From Trichoplax sp. H2 (Eukaryota): a stretch of DNA of 64,000 nt. The stretch covers positions 1 through 64,000 of the forward strand of contig NOWV01000245.1 in NCBI GenBank assembly GCA_003344405.1. Direction: 5' to 3'. This document shows positions 46,709-62,100 of the stretch, one piece after another. Below the pieces are notes generated by a model, which was not told the DNA's origin, made no database searches, and worked only from the letters and a program-made list of their open reading frames with translations. A program made the position numbers and the translations under genes. Numbering within the stretch: the stretch's first letter is position 1; each line of letters begins with the position of its first letter.

Positions 46709-47492
46709 TACTTCAAAGTCCTAACTCATAACGCATAAAGGTTTTTTTCTCGATGGTCCCAACATGACATCGCTGTGCGTATGGTGATATTACCACACTC
46801 ATAGCATAAATCTTCATAAACTGGTAGACCAACAGGCTCGACGATTAATCACTAAATAATGGAACAAACTGCGGTACTTATATTTATGCTGTTATTCTTT
46901 GTCACAGTGTAAGACAGTATAATATTGTATTCTAAGTTGATGAAAACGATTGGGTTTCTTCTAGTATTCCTTGACCGTATACAGACAGTATGGGCCAGTG
47001 CAATACTTTTAACTTTTCAATTTACCACTGTCGCTTTCTAGCATTGCATCACGCCATGGCGTACTTTACACAATGATTGTACCATGAACTACTCAGTAGT
47101 CTGTGATTGTACTGTGGATAGTTTTCAATGAAATCGCAAATCCACCCCTTCAAAACTTGCGGCTTTCCACTTTAACCCTCAACGGCGGTGTAATGACCGA
47201 GTAATAGCCTTTTACTATTACTAGTGTGTCTACAGAATCTACGGTACACGTTCCTATTACTTCAAAGTCCTAACTCACAACGCATAAAGGTTTTTTTCTC
47301 GATGGTCCCAACATGACATCGCTGTGCGTATGGTGATATTACCACACTCATAGCATAAATCTTCATAAACTGGGAGACCAACAGGCTCGACGATTAATCA
47401 CCAAATAATGGAACAAACTGCGGTACTTATATTTATGCTGTTATTCTTTGTCACAGTGTAAGACAGTATAATATTGTATTCTAAGTTGATGA
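46709..47492. repeat. 235-bp direct repeat (46709-46943 and 47258-47492) flanking 314 bp of unique sequence
   Basis: The copies differ at 3 positions by eye. No TG...CA termini or target-site duplication were seen. Confidence 0.92.
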
Positions 47493-48633
47493 TATATTTA
47501 GTAATGTCTACCGTAGATGTTGTATTCAACATATGATCGATATTCTCGTTACAGGCTTAAGTATTAAATATAGCTAGCTTAGTAACTGCAATCCTTCTGA
47601 AGAGGAGCGCTACAGAGCTCACACTAGAGCTGCACATGAAAGGTGTAAACTATCCTGTATTTGAGATGCTAATACTGAAGTGTGTAGTAAGTAAGGTGTT
47701 AAGACTGTAAGCACGGAAAAGTATATAAGCGAGTAGTTTAGTATCGTAAGATAGTTCTTTCTCGTTAGAGGTCCTCAGCTAATCGATTACGTTGTATCTT
47801 CGTAAACGAGGTTTTGTTCAATTAATCTTAATTTTCTAAAGTTTTGAAGATTCTTGATCTATCAACCTCCACACAGATACTTATCGAATCATAACACTTT
47901 CGAAATGTCTGTACAAGTAGTGCTTATTCTCTGTTATTCTCTGTCTTTGCGGTTAAAAATGAATGCTTTCTCTTGTTATGATAAAATATTATGTCGTCAT
48001 AAATGAGTTGTAATGAAACATCCAATACTTTCTTCCATTAAAGTCAATGTATAGTTATAGTCTTGTTTTAGTTCATCAAAAGAAAAACTTGGTTTTTGTG
48101 GCATCGTGTTTAAAGTGATAGAATTTCTTGCGATGCAGAACCCAAAGTCGCACTGTCTTAGAGTGAGCGCAATAGTTTCAACTTACTGATGGCGGCCAGG
48201 TAAATTTTAATCTTAAATACCTATATGCGTAAAGTTTTAAATATACAATAAAATTATGAAATAGAGTAACATGGTTCGTTAAACGGTTATACGCTTAGAT
48301 CGCTCGATAATTGGTAAATTACATATTCTGTTTCAACAGAAAGCGGTCGTTTCTCTGACTGAAGGAGGTAAGAGAGACATTTGGAAATACTACTAAAATA
48401 CTGTACTTTACCACCAGATTAAGTTATAGGTGAGATTCTTAAGACATGCCGAGAATTTTTGACTGCGTTTGCTGTTGTAGTGTGGCCTGATATATTGATT
48501 AATATCAAACTAACGTAAATTATATTATACTTTAATAGATTCACTATTGCGAATTATAACTTAATACTATATAAATTAATTGTTGGTATCCTTACGTTGA
48601 TGATTTTAGCCTATATACGAAACTTGTGTATGG

Positions 48634-48919
48634 TGATTATTCTGCACCTTTACTTAGCAGATATATTAAAAGCTTAATATAGAGATAATTTCTATTGTTC
48701 ACTTAGTACTATCCACAACATAGTTATAAGATTTAAAGAATCTTCTTTAAATAATAAATGGCGACAGTTTATATTGGTCGCGCCGTATAAATTGCCATGT
48801 AACGTTGAAGTTGATTATTCTGTACATTTACTTGGAAGATAAATTACAACCTTAACATAGAGATGAATACTACTCTTCACTTAGTACTACCCATATGATA
48901 GTTATAAGATTTAAAGAAT
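48634..48919. repeat. Diverged ~107-bp direct repeat pair
   Basis: TGATTATTCTG...TTCACTTAGTACTA...ATAGTTATAAGATTTAAAGAAT at about 48634-48740 and 48812-48919. Confidence 0.8.
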
Positions 48920-50540
48920 GATATAGCCAAGAACTAGTTACTAAATCTAATCATACTCTGTTGCAATATAGCAATTCTTTATTATCTGCGATATATAAAA
49001 TACTTTTGCAGTGTTGACGAATAATATCAACTGAATCCTTCGCAATTCTACATATGGAGCCCAGAATTTAGCTGTCACGAAAATTATTTTATTAAGCAAC
49101 CTGTTCTCCAATTTTTTGTGGAATCTCCTTTTCAATCAAAAGATAGTTAGTATGTCTTGTTTTTGTAGCAAACATTAATTTTTACGCTTTTTTAACTAGA
49201 ATATACTGTAACTAATTTTGGAGGTGGTTACTAGATGATTAGAATTAGTAAATTCAATTATTATTCTTAGTCGATTTCTACGAGTATAATCAGCTAGCTT
49301 GTGACCGCATTTTTCATAAATGGAACAGTAATTCTTAATAAGATCTATCGATCTTATCGCTGTATCATTTAATGTTCGTCCTATAAAGTTAATTCTAGTA
49401 GTACAAACGAGGGACATAAGTTTTTAAATGTGATACATTTAAAAAAATTTGGGGTGATTGGCATCGCAAATTTTTCATATTGTGTGCAATATACAGTATA
49501 ACTATGTAAGAACTGTTAAAGAACACGGCAGTACCAAATGTGACTGAGGAGAAACTTCGCTATAGTGTTTGTACGATATTGATTACCAGTAATGCAGTAT
49601 TTGTTACTTTTAACAGTTATAGTTTGCTCTACTGTACTATTTCGCTCCCATATACGTGGTGTATGCAATTTGCTGTGAAATAAAATTTTTACGTATTATC
49701 ATGGCATAAATCAGCTTTACCACAAGGTTATACGTAAAATCAAATTTCTCAAGCTTTCGGGATTTACTATCCCTTAACTACTCACAAGAACTTAGATGTG
49801 CTTGCTTCTACGTTCCAGAACTAGAAAACTGATCTTACAATGATCTGTGGGCTTAAATACCTTTCGGCAACGGCTAACATTGATGAATCATCTTAATCAT
49901 ATTTATCAATGTGAACATTTACTGACTAATTTCAACTAATCATAAATTACAGTTACATGAGCTTGTACTGTCTTCAATTGCTGTATAAGAATTGTATTAC
50001 AGTACAACATATAATTTACTGTGGTACTATACATTATAACTTCAGTGATTCCTAGTGTAAGCAACTAATTGTAATCACCGTATATAAATAATAATTTACT
50101 AAATTTAGTCATTTAATTCTTCACGGTAGTTTGCACCATTACACAGCAGAACGCTTACCCTAATTTTACGGCTGTTTATATCCGTGACAGGCATATAAAT
50201 AAAAATTTCTATTAGAGAACCTAGAATTTACTGATATTGCAGTAAGCTAAAAAAATTTAAAGTACAGTAATGTGAATATCTGTAAGCTGCAAATGTTATC
50301 ATTACCTGTCATCAATGAGTTTCTATAAAACATCTTGAGCCTTCGAGGATTTTATTTTATGACATTGGCATTTAGCCGAGTTTACGAATATATGCCGTAT
50401 ATTATGTAATCTTTGGATATCTAATGTAAATTATGTTCATTATTGACATTTCATGTCCAGTCATAATTAAACTGTTTCCGTAACTTTAGCCACGATTAAA
50501 AATTGTCAATATTAGATTAGTAGATTAAATTACTGCACAT

Positions 50541-50700
50541 TATACCCCGTCAGTTTATGAAAATTTCTTAGAATGTTTGGCTGAAACTGTCGTACTGATG
50601 TATATAAAAAAATTTCGAAATTAAACCCATTCTCGTGCACGACAGTTTCAACTAAGTATTCTAAGAACTTTCCCAGCTTATTAACGGAGTTTACGGTATA
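50541..50700. mobile_element. Short palindromic MITE-like element (decayed)
   Basis: 31-bp inverted arms 50565-50595 and 50637-50667 (5 differences, all transitions). Weaker outer symmetry ends in TATACC...GGTATA. Confidence 0.45.
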
Positions 50701-53700
50701 GGCAAAAGCTACAGTTATTCTGACTCAGAATTTTTATGATTAATCGTATTAGATACAAACTTATCTATAAAATCTGAGGCTTTTAATGGAGATTTTATTT
50801 TTAATGTAGATGCTATAGTGCAGTCCCTCAAACAGCTTCAATTAAGGACATTAGATTATGCAAGAAAGTTTAAGATGCATATTAGATGTATGCATGTAAT
50901 AGTAGATATTGCTTAAAGCACATATTCTAATCTTTACACTGTTATGTTTACATTTTATATAAATCGCCGATTCTTTTATAGTAAGCTAAGTGGATAGACT
51001 GAAGATAGATAGACCTTGGTAAATTAATAGGCGAGCTAATCTGTCATAGCTACGCTCACACAAGGAATAAAACTTTTATTATAATACTTTTAAGATACAT
51101 ACTTTATTTGCTTGAGATACAAAATTACTTTTAGCGTCCAATTTTGTGCAGGTTGTTGTCTTTAAAGAAACCAATTCGAAGAAATTAATAAGCACGTACA
51201 TAAAAGTTTTCTCCTCTTAATTTTGAATCCAATACTGTAATTAAGATAAGAATTTCTATTAAGATGCTATAATATTTTTTATTACTACAAGGTGACTTTT
51301 TGGTCGTAAATATTACGCATTGCTGGTGAACATTTTACAGTAAAAATTTGTAGAAATAATACATTAGTATCTGTAAATGAGAAAATTCATGTTAATAGGT
51401 TAGCTGGATACATTACAATGCATTCCAATACAGTAGGAAACTAATACCGAAAATTTGTACTAAGATATTATAAGTTAACCAAGATATTTATGAAGACAAA
51501 GTCATTAGTGACTATTACAGCATTATATTTACGACATTTCTGTAAAAGTCAGTAGCGGAATGGGTCTGTCTTATGATGTCTAGATACATTACAGTGGCTT
51601 AAAATAATATCAAATATAACCTAACAATAATACAAAATTTTATGATTTTAAACAATATTTTTTTAAAATGATTCGAAAGGGATTACTATCAACTTCATGA
51701 TTGCTATAAAGTATTCGATTTCATGCTATTTGTGTTCAATTTAAAATCAAGTTATTCAATTCTAAGAACAAGATTTATGCCCTTACCTGCAGTCTAAATA
51801 TAAACTATATTTTTTCTTCTTTGCTATTGATAGTGAATACGAGTATACTACTTAATAGTATTACTTAAAACTAAACAGTTTGACGTTTTACTACGTAGCG
51901 AACTTTTAATAATGGCGCTTTAGTTTGGATTGTACCTGATTTTTCTCCTAAAGGATAGGGTTCTAAATCATAGAATATCAATCAGTCAAATGCACTTACG
52001 ATCAAGGTCTAATGCGATGATTTATTTAGTAAACAAATAGTGTTATTTACCAACAGATAAATTTTATTTATCACGGTTGATGGATTTTACAGGATGCGTT
52101 ATTTCTATTTCTTTCGTGAAAGTCTGAAATGGGACCGCATTGTGATGCATTTACCTTACAGTATTAATAAGAAGTGGAATTTCATTAGGGTATCACTCAC
52201 CTATTATAAATAAGTGGTAGTCCTTTTAAAAGTCCAATGTCTAAATTTTTTTTCTTATTCTACTGAAAGGAGATTTACGTACCCTTTTTTTTAAGGAGCG
52301 TTGATGCTGCATACGATTTTCTTTGAAGCCTATTTTGCGATTAGAATGAGAGAAATCTGACCCTTAGGTACTGTACAATATTAAAATTGACGATACAGTA
52401 ACGTCAACTGGAACCGTTAGGGTGGTTTACATAAAGATTTAAACATGATATCATGTGGATATAGATATTTTAAAGAATATCCAGATACTCCTAATGTAGT
52501 CATTTTCAAAACGATACATGTGCTAATGTCAGATTTTGATAAGTTCATATTTTGTTCCCCAACACACTGTGGGATAAAATGCTATTGTATGTATTTTGTG
52601 AGCCAATGATTTAATCTAAAAGGAAGTCTTTTTACTAAAATACTTACGCATACTCGACATAAAAGTAGTATCTGGAAATAGTATTAATTATGAAATGATG
52701 TATAGACTTCTTTCTCTAAAATCTGTCTAATATCTGTAGAGTGTCATTTCTTTTACCGATGATCTAATTGGCTATTGGAAGTAGTAGCTATTGTACTTAT
52801 CATTAATATGCCAGCATGCTAGCCACAGTTGGTCCTTTTTATTTCTCATTAGCATTAAATTAGCTGTAGACATCATTGTACTAATGTGGACTTTGATTTG
52901 TTTGTTTAATGCATTACATGTAAAGTGAACAATATGAACGTGATTAGGAGGAATATACTACTCTTTTGAATGCGCCACAAATTAGCTAATTTGCTTTCTT
53001 CATCAGAAATATAATTTCCTTCAGATTCAGCAGACTATGTCAGCTCCAAGTGAAATTAGATATTCAATATTTTAATTATATTTATTTGGATTTATGTGAT
53101 TGAAATTAATATTAATCTCGTAGCCGAAAAGTATCCGTGATGATGAAACTTTAGATTGGAGCAAAAATAATTCGCTTTTTACTAGTTATAATTACTTATA
53201 GCCAATTTTTTTATAGAAGGGCTAAGTAATTGATTAGCCTAGTGGTGAAACTCAACGGTTTGTGAACGCTACTTATAATACAGTAAGTAAAGGAATAGTT
53301 ATTTATAACGTAAATGAAGTACTAGCGTTTAAAAGGATATTTTTATGACTGAATATAAAATAATTTCTTGTATATTAGAATACTACGCTTACTTAGAGTT
53401 TATAAAGTTGTTTATTATGTATTTCATTAATACAAATCTATTAATTATCATCTTTAGTAAAGCATTATCTCTATTGTCATTTAGATTTTTTTCAAGCCCC
53501 TTCAGCGGATTAAAGTATGGAATCACGTTATGAATAAATGAGCAAGCAAGCATTTTGAATTAAGCCAGAAAAGTAGGCGGATGAATAAAGGTCTGGATTG
53601 AAAAGCTTTATTTTATGGTTATTAATACTGATTGTACTTGTGATAATAACAACGGTAAAGAAAAAAATAGACCATGATGTATTAATAAGATTCTAGTTAC

Positions 53701-55267
53701 CCTTGCAATTCAATGAATGCGCCTATTACTATAAAAGTTTATTTTAGCTTCATGCAATACGTTACCCTCACAGAGATGCTTTTAGTTCGTCAACAACATG
53801 TGATTATAGTCGCCCAAATTAGATATTGTGAGCAAAGCGGTGGTTTAGTAATTCCATAACAGCAAGATGAACGCTAGTACCAATATTACTTGATCATCAA
53901 CTCTATCGAAATGACGTCACCTATGCTAATAAAGTGTAGTAAAATTAATTCTACTCATGTAATTAAGCATTGTACTCACTGAAAGTCTCAAGGGAATTCT
54001 TATTATTAGATAGGCTTATTCATAACTATTGCTATATACATGTGGCGGTATTAAAAAGGTGAATTTAATATAATGTTATAATAATCTTAAAATGAAAATA
54101 CAGGATATATAGAGTATAAAGGTACCATGTCGATATTATCACGAATGGATGATGTGCAAACGATGAAATACTTCAAGGTATAGTATCGAACACCTGCAGG
54201 CCAACATTTTGTCGATATGAAGTGAAAAACAGACTCTGACATCGACATCACTGTAGGTAGAGTTAATTTACGAGAAATGGATGATTCTATTCTGCTGTAA
54301 AAACATAAAACAATGCTGTATAGGAGTGCATTTGTGTCATATCGCATCAATGCTGATAACATCTATATCAAATAGTGCAAAAATAGTAATCATAACACGG
54401 CCAAAGAAAGAGACTTTATAGGCTTATTTGACCATCATTTTGCTAGATATAGCGATGAAAATGACATTAAAAGTTAGCTGAGGTACTAGGTTGTCTCCAT
54501 TTGGTCAAGCTTGCTATCGGTGTATTTATAACGGAGATGGATAATATGATCGAGATGACGTTGATACATTCATTGCTCAATATTGGATAGTAGAATAGTT
54601 TGAACTCAATTATGGTAGAGCTTGGATAGTTGTTGGGTAATATTGTAATCATCTGTATTGTAAATATGTATTCAAATCTTACAATGCTGCTATATATTAA
54701 TTCGATAGGTGGATACAATGATTGCAAAGTAGTGTGTGACGAAACTGAATACAAAAAAATATTACTTGGTCACATGTTGAAATTAAACCACAACTAGCCC
54801 ACGTTGCTTAGTTTAGATACTGTACACTTGGCTGGTTGCTATGATATGGCACCATTCTATATACAGTCTATTTGTCGATAGAGTATACGCATAAATGATC
54901 ACAATTATACAGTGAGAATAGTATAAGAAGTGATATTTATTTGCCTATTATGCATGAAAGCTGGCATTCCGAATACTTTTCAATCAGACTACATTATATT
55001 AACTGACGAATTTTCTACTTTGACCACTAAAATTGCTGTGATTCAAGCAAGTCTAAATTAAACACTTTCATTTGTACGTTTCGAATGAATTAGAGATAGA
55101 AGTGGAGTGCTGAACACCACACTAGGATTTATTTGTACTTTATTTGTTATTTTTTTTAACTCAATAAACGATCTGATTTGTAATTACTTTCGTTACAGTT
55201 TTCAACGAGACAGCGCTTGAATCGGCTATTTGAATCATCAATGAAGATTTGAAAGTACTGTAAGTCT

Positions 55268-56389
55268 ATGACGGCCAATAATTCATCCGATCATCCTACT
55301 AGAGAGATCCATTTTAAATTGATGTTGAGCCAAAGAAATCGCAAGAATGCCATCTGTAAGATTGATTCATCCAGCATGAATCAGGACGATAGCCATGGTA
55401 ATCAGTATAATCAGTATGGTTACACACTGAATCAAGATCCATCTCGTATTGTCCAACAAAATTATCAACAGGATCAAACATTAACAAAAAAGAAGTTAAC
55501 CAACTTCTCTGTCGACTACATTCTTCATGAATTAAATAGTCATTGTGGCCGTAAGAAAGACGATCTGAAAAAATATACACATCAAAGTTTCGCAGGCGAT
55601 ATTTCGAACTATAGCAGCAGATTGAATCATATGAAGAATATATATTACCCAAACAGCCAGGCTCTCGGTCAGTTCTTGAATACTACAACAGCACCCAATT
55701 TCGTCTTCTCCAACCAACTTAAAGCCCGTTATGATACCCAGATTACATCTTTAGACCTGAAGCCATCAGTCATTAATTTACAATCGAAAATGTTACGACA
55801 AAATCTAATCCATCCGGTACCATCTAGTCACTCGAAGAAGATTGTGGATGAAAATAAGACCAAAGGATTGCTTGACGAACATGATAGACTTACGCGTAGT
55901 GGACGTGATATTAATGGACCGCATGCGGTGAATTCTTCATCCACTTCGAAACGTTTGAATCATAGCTTTCATCAACGTTATCCATGCAAAATATGTCAGA
56001 AATCTTTTGCCAATCCTCACTGTTTATCACGGCACATACGAATTCATACTGGTGAAAAGCCTTATCAATGTAATATTTGTAAAAAGGCTTTTAATCAATC
56101 ATTTCACTTAACTATCCATAAGCGATTACACACTGGCGATTTAAGATATCAATGTAACATTTGCTGTCGACGTTTTGTTCAAAGTAATGATCTCAAGAAG
56201 CATTACAGAACTCATACTGGTGAGAAACCGTATCATTGCAGTTATTGTCAAAAATGTTTCGCCGATGCTAGCCAACTAAAAAAACACATGCGGATTCACA
56301 CTGGCGAAAAGCCCTACAGGTGTATCGTATGTCAGCGTCGTTTTACGCAATCTGGAGCTTTAAAAAAGCACTCTCATATTCATCAGTGA
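55268..56389 (+). CDS. C2H2 zinc-finger transcription factor, five tandem C-terminal fingers plus eh1-like motif, single coding exon, 373 aa
   Basis: Five CxxC-x12-HxxxH fingers with TGEKP linkers (one TGDLR) and an N-terminal TNFSVDYIL matching the FxI/VxxIL engrailed-homology-1 motif. Confidence 0.92.
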   Translation: MTANNSSDHPTREIHFKLMLSQRNRKNAICKIDSSSMNQDDSHGNQYNQYGYTLNQDPSRIVQQNYQQDQTLTKKKLTNFSVDYILHELNSHCGRKKDDLKKYTHQSFAGDISNYSSRLNHMKNIYYPNSQALGQFLNTTTAPNFVFSNQLKARYDTQITSLDLKPSVINLQSKMLRQNLIHPVPSSHSKKIVDENKTKGLLDEHDRLTRSGRDINGPHAVNSSSTSKRLNHSFHQRYPCKICQKSFANPHCLSRHIRIHTGEKPYQCNICKKAFNQSFHLTIHKRLHTGDLRYQCNICCRRFVQSNDLKKHYRTHTGEKPYHCSYCQKCFADASQLKKHMRIHTGEKPYRCIVCQRRFTQSGALKKHSHIHQ

Positions 56390-58726
56390 ATATTAGTAGT
56401 TATTCGTAATTCGTTTCCGTTTTACCATCTTTCTTTGGTGCTGTTTTCTCTCTCTCTCTCTCTTGCCATTCTATTACTATTACTATTATAGTCGTTTAAA
56501 ATACTATGTCATACCTTTTATAGGACCTTTGTCTTACGAACTAGGTCTGAAGATAAAAAAGTCCTTTTTTTCGGTGGCGTATTACTATGCGAATTTAGAA
56601 TATTTCTTAATCATTTAAATGAAAACTTATATTTAGCCAATAATCTTACTATAAATGTTGATCACTTTGAAACAAAAATTAAGCATTCAGTGTCACAGTG
56701 TTATGGGTGTTTCCGTTTTTCTACACATTACTTCAGTGTTATTGTGCGTAATTAGCAATTGGAGTGGCCTTTAAGCTAGATATATTATCTATTCTATTCG
56801 ACTTTTTAGCCTTCTTCACTTTCAATTCTGGTAATATAGGTGACATTAATTCGTGATGATTGCCGATACCTTTCTACCAGTGAATTATACGTACAATTGT
56901 GTCAAATTGAAGTACATGGTTATTCCAAGTTGGATTTCAATCCTCTAAATCTTATGGATTATTTATTGGATTCGAAATGATTTCATTATCATACTTATTC
57001 CTCTGTTATATAGCGTTTAGAAATTTAGTATAGCTGAAAAATTTTTAGAGAAAATGTCGCAATCTGATGTCAAGTAGAATATTGTAAACATCAATTGGGT
57101 CGAATGTGTGTAAAAATGCGCTCAGATGCATCAATTATATTATTACACTTGTCAAATCGAGTGCTCATCGATATTGATTTATTAGGTTGAATACTTTGAG
57201 ACCTGATATCAATATATTGAAAGATCAAAATGTACTGTATATTGTATTAAGTGTAGAAAAATTGTATAGAATCAGTAGTCTTTCAAAGACAATTAATTTA
57301 ACAGACGACATAGTTTACGACAAATGCTGCTGTTAACATCTTTCTCAGAGGAGCTGTTGCTTTTCCACAAAGGCAAATAAAGATTTAATGATTGAATAGG
57401 TTTACAACCTTCAGAAAATGAACTTGATCATAGTAAATTATTAGTATGTATTCTGATCTGGTGATCAACAGCTTATTAATCTGTTTGCTATCAAAATTAA
57501 ATGTACAACAATGGTTAATCGTAGGAATATCTTCTATGGTTAAATCATCGCACAACATGGATACCCGCATGATTAATTGTAATTGTTTCAGCAAGTGTAA
57601 TTATAATAATGTACTAGTTATATTCTATTAATATATAAACTGAAATTGTATAGCATAGCGCAAAATCTTCACTTAGGCTGTCAGCAAGAAGATATACATA
57701 TAGACTTGCACGATAGAGGTTATCTTGTGAAAATTTTAGTGTCGAAGAATAAAAATTTTTCCACAGAAAGTGCTTTATTTGAATTTTATTTTTATTGATT
57801 TTGTATTTGGAGAAGTTTACAGCCTTAATTAGAGTCTTTCAAAAATTTAGTATAACAAGTTTATATTGCGTATATTATTTCTTATAAATTTGTATCTCTT
57901 TTTATTGCAGAATATATCATAACGTGTTGAAATGGTACGATAAAGATTAACAATGTGTGAACTACTGTAGAAAAATTCTCGTTATAGCGTTATCCTAGGT
58001 TAGTTGTTCATTCAAGTTTACTTATCTCTAGATAACAGATTGCATTTAATTACTTTAGTCTACGGTATGATATCTGCTCTTTATGCCGTTTTTACAACAC
58101 CAATGCAATGGAGAAACTGCTTCCAATTGTAGCTAATCACAAAGACGTATCTTGAATCTAAACTAAATGCTGTTTATTTTTAAAAGTCATTCATTTATTT
58201 GCATATAGGATTTTATTCGCAAGCATCGATAGAAGAATGTGATAATATACAGTACATGTTGATTAATGTTAATAAGCAAAGTCAGCGTTGATCCGTTTTC
58301 TTGAAATTTAGAGATGAACAACGATATTCTACATTGTAAAACATGTTAGATCACGGACATTTCACAAAATAGATAACAATCACGAGTAGAAATTGGCAAG
58401 CTTTATTCTTAACTAGATACCTAACCACCTTGCATACCTTCCTCAATAATGCACTATATTCTATGATTAAAGTTCTAAGCCAATTGAAATGTCTTATAAT
58501 TATCCTACTGTCACAATATGATTTTAAAGAAGCATTATAAAGGTGATGGTTATGGAAACAAGGATTAAATATCGATTTAGATTTTGCAGAGTGATCTAAA
58601 GTATCGTTGCTAAATATAATTACAGAAATAAAGCTTCAGATCAATTTAGATTATTGTAGTATGATCCAAACTACCGATAGAAAAGGTAATAAAAAAATGA
58701 GGCTTAAGTATCGATATAGATTATCA

Positions 58727-58746
58727 NNNNNNNNNNNNNNNNNNNN
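58727..58746. other. Assembly gap (20 N)
   Basis: Run of 20 n characters. Confidence 1.
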
Positions 58747-59131
<385 letters not shown>

Positions 59132-62100
59132 TAAAGGTGATGGTTATGGAAACAAGGCTTAAATATCGATTTAGATTTTGCAGAGTGATCTAAAGTATCG
59201 TTGCTAAATATAATTACAGAAATAAAGCTTCAGATCAATTTAGATTATTGTAGTATGATCCAAACTACCGATAGAAAAGGTAATAAAAAAATGAGGCTTA
59301 AGTATCGATATAGATTATCAGCTATCTAGAAAGCTGAGATTGAATTTCTCTTGTTTGATTACCAATATAGATAGCTAAATTTTTTTCGATATTTTTGCCA
59401 GATTATGGTGCGCATGTAGTTCAGAAGTCAAATCATGCATCAAAAGGAACTTTTCCAGCCAATATACTTATATTTGAAATAATAGAGGCTAATTTTTCTC
59501 CTTAAAGGTGCTGTCTTATTCGCTGATTGTTTTTTATGCACCCTTTTCATCAACGCCACAAGAGATCGTATTTGATAATAGTATACAATCGCTCGGTTGA
59601 TTCAGCCACTAGTAATTTTCGGCTTAATTGTCATATAGTTCCATTCTAGTATCCCTTTTTATAAATAAAGCGGCTCATCTATTAGATCTTCGAACTGAAA
59701 AATTTGTTGTTAGGTAAAAGAACTTGGCGAGCATCATGAATAATTAACGAATTTTATTGGTTAAGATGTATAGCTAAACTAATAAGTTGGAGCAATTTAT
59801 ACTGTAAGGTATGTTTTAAAAAGTGCTGTATGCAAGCATGTAAAAGTTCGTGTTTTATTGGCCATTCATGCCGGTCTCAGAATCTTAAAATTTGTTTATA
59901 GCTTATTGGACAGTCTTCTACGAAGTCATTTCGTGTGTACTGCATCTACAAGATTGCACTAATGTAATAATTCCTAATACTGATAAACTTCTATGGTAGT
60001 AGCGACAAGAATTGAAATTACAAATCCATAATAATTTATGAAATTGCAGTACAACTAAAGAGGTTTCGTGCACGTCCTGAGAAAACGGTTCAGGATGACG
60101 ATTTTACTAATTACCCTAGCGCCAGTAATTACTGCTTAATAATATAAAGCATCGCGACAAGAACAAAAGTCTTGCGTTCTGCGTAGCACTAGTACTACTT
60201 TTAGATAAAATCTATTGAGATTTGAAAGAATAAAATGGCTAGAAATCAATATTATTTTGTACAAGAAACAGATTTAACTTCTAGTTCAGTAAGAACTTAC
60301 GCTAACTTTGGCAGATTTTATGATCGATTTTATTAGTAGCTTCGCTTACTTGTGTAGTGACAGAAAACTCAACATGGCACCGTTTGAAGCAATCTCTTAC
60401 TCCAGTAAAATCTCCTATTATGTCTATGCATATCGTACTATTATATGATCTTTATCAAGCTATTAATTTTGTTTACTCAAATAATAATATTCAACATAAA
60501 TTAAAAATACCCTTTACGTAGTAGATAGCACTTAAACAGCATTAATTAAACTTTTTACGGTATAAAATACGAATAATTGTATTGTTGCTTGGATATAGAT
60601 TTAGTAACGCTAATTACAATTTTTTACTCGAGGCAAAGTAGGTCATTGGAAACAATCTGACCTTATTATACTAGTTATAAAATGTTAACATCCAATACGT
60701 TCGTATTTGCGCCAATCTTTTTATGTTTATTCCCTATTCATTATATTCAATTAATTAATATGCAGTATGCTACAATAATTACAGAAATTAGTAGAGTGAT
60801 ATTATAAAGTATTTTTTTAAAGTACAGAATTACGAGGCTAAATTCAAAATCATCTTGACGTTGGCAAAAAATGAATTAATTAACAATGTGTTATCATTAA
60901 GGAAGACTTTATTCAAGTTCTGAAATATTTAGATTTTGTGAGCGGAATTGATATTAGGACTGAAATAATAATGTTGAACTAATTTATATCTTATTGTGAA
61001 ATATCATTTTTTACTCATTTTATCTTCATTTTAGCTATGATATTAATCATTTATCGCTATGGTATAGTTTCATCTAATATTTCCTTGGCTCGATATTAGC
61101 ATTTTATAAGTTATGATGTTGTACGATACTTTGGGCATGATAGTGATTTTTTTCTTCTAATTTATAAACTTTCAACATACGTTTATTTACGTAATATTTT
61201 CGCATTCATTTCTTATTAAAATGTAACTCATGGTTAAATAAAAATGAATCGTTACCGCGACGTATCTACTTAAGTCACTTTTATTATAAGTTATCATCAC
61301 AAAAACTTCATTATTACCGAAGAAGAAAAGACGAGGATAAATGTAAATTACAATGGGCGAATTTTAACAAATTTTCTAGAACTAATGTGTGCTGCAAATA
61401 AATTATTTATTAATGAAATTCCTATCATGTTAAAAGGTATAAATAAAAGTTAGTTGGTTTATTTCGGCCAATTTGTAACGATTTTGTGTATCTTTTTTTA
61501 TGTATTTTAATCATATACGATTACATCAAAAATTAAGATGAAATTTCAATTGAGCATTTTCTTTATTAAAATTGACTGGATATCACTGAGAAAGCACTCA
61601 ACTGACTTGAAATTTTCCGCTCTTTTAAAACTGCCATTTTAATATTATAGATAATTGTTTAATAACTGCATTGTAGAGCTGAATGATCGTTGTGAGGAAT
61701 ATTAATGCAACATTGTATATTAATCATGTTAAACTAGATCAATTCAATGCATAATCAAATCAAAAATAAAGATCGGCAGTCGCTATATCAAGCTTATAAA
61801 ATACAAGTCACGTACTCATATGATGCTCAAGATGTTAAGCCTGACTGTATTTACTTTGATAAATAATTTACTAGCATTCACATATTTAGTAGTATTAGTA
61901 CTTCTTCTAGTACTTTATAGTTATACAAATGAAGTTACCATGTAAATTGCGATGAGGTTATAATCACAAATTAGAACCATTTGCTCTCAGATAGATTGCT
62001 GTTAGCTACTTAAATTTATAAATGTACAACATTGTAAACACAGTGCCTTTCTATTTCATAAGTAAGGGCCTTGTTGTACTTTAGTTAAAGAGATTAGCTG

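Noticed and set aside
46709..47492. LTR retrotransposon or TRIM
   Set aside because: No TG...CA termini, primer-binding site, polypurine tract or target-site duplication is visible. Kept only as a direct repeat.
54087..54754. Two ~90-aa minus-strand ORFs and an HPFLVN kinase-like word in another frame
   Set aside because: Non-ATG starts, no domain, and the kinase-like word is followed immediately by a stop with no further kinase motifs.
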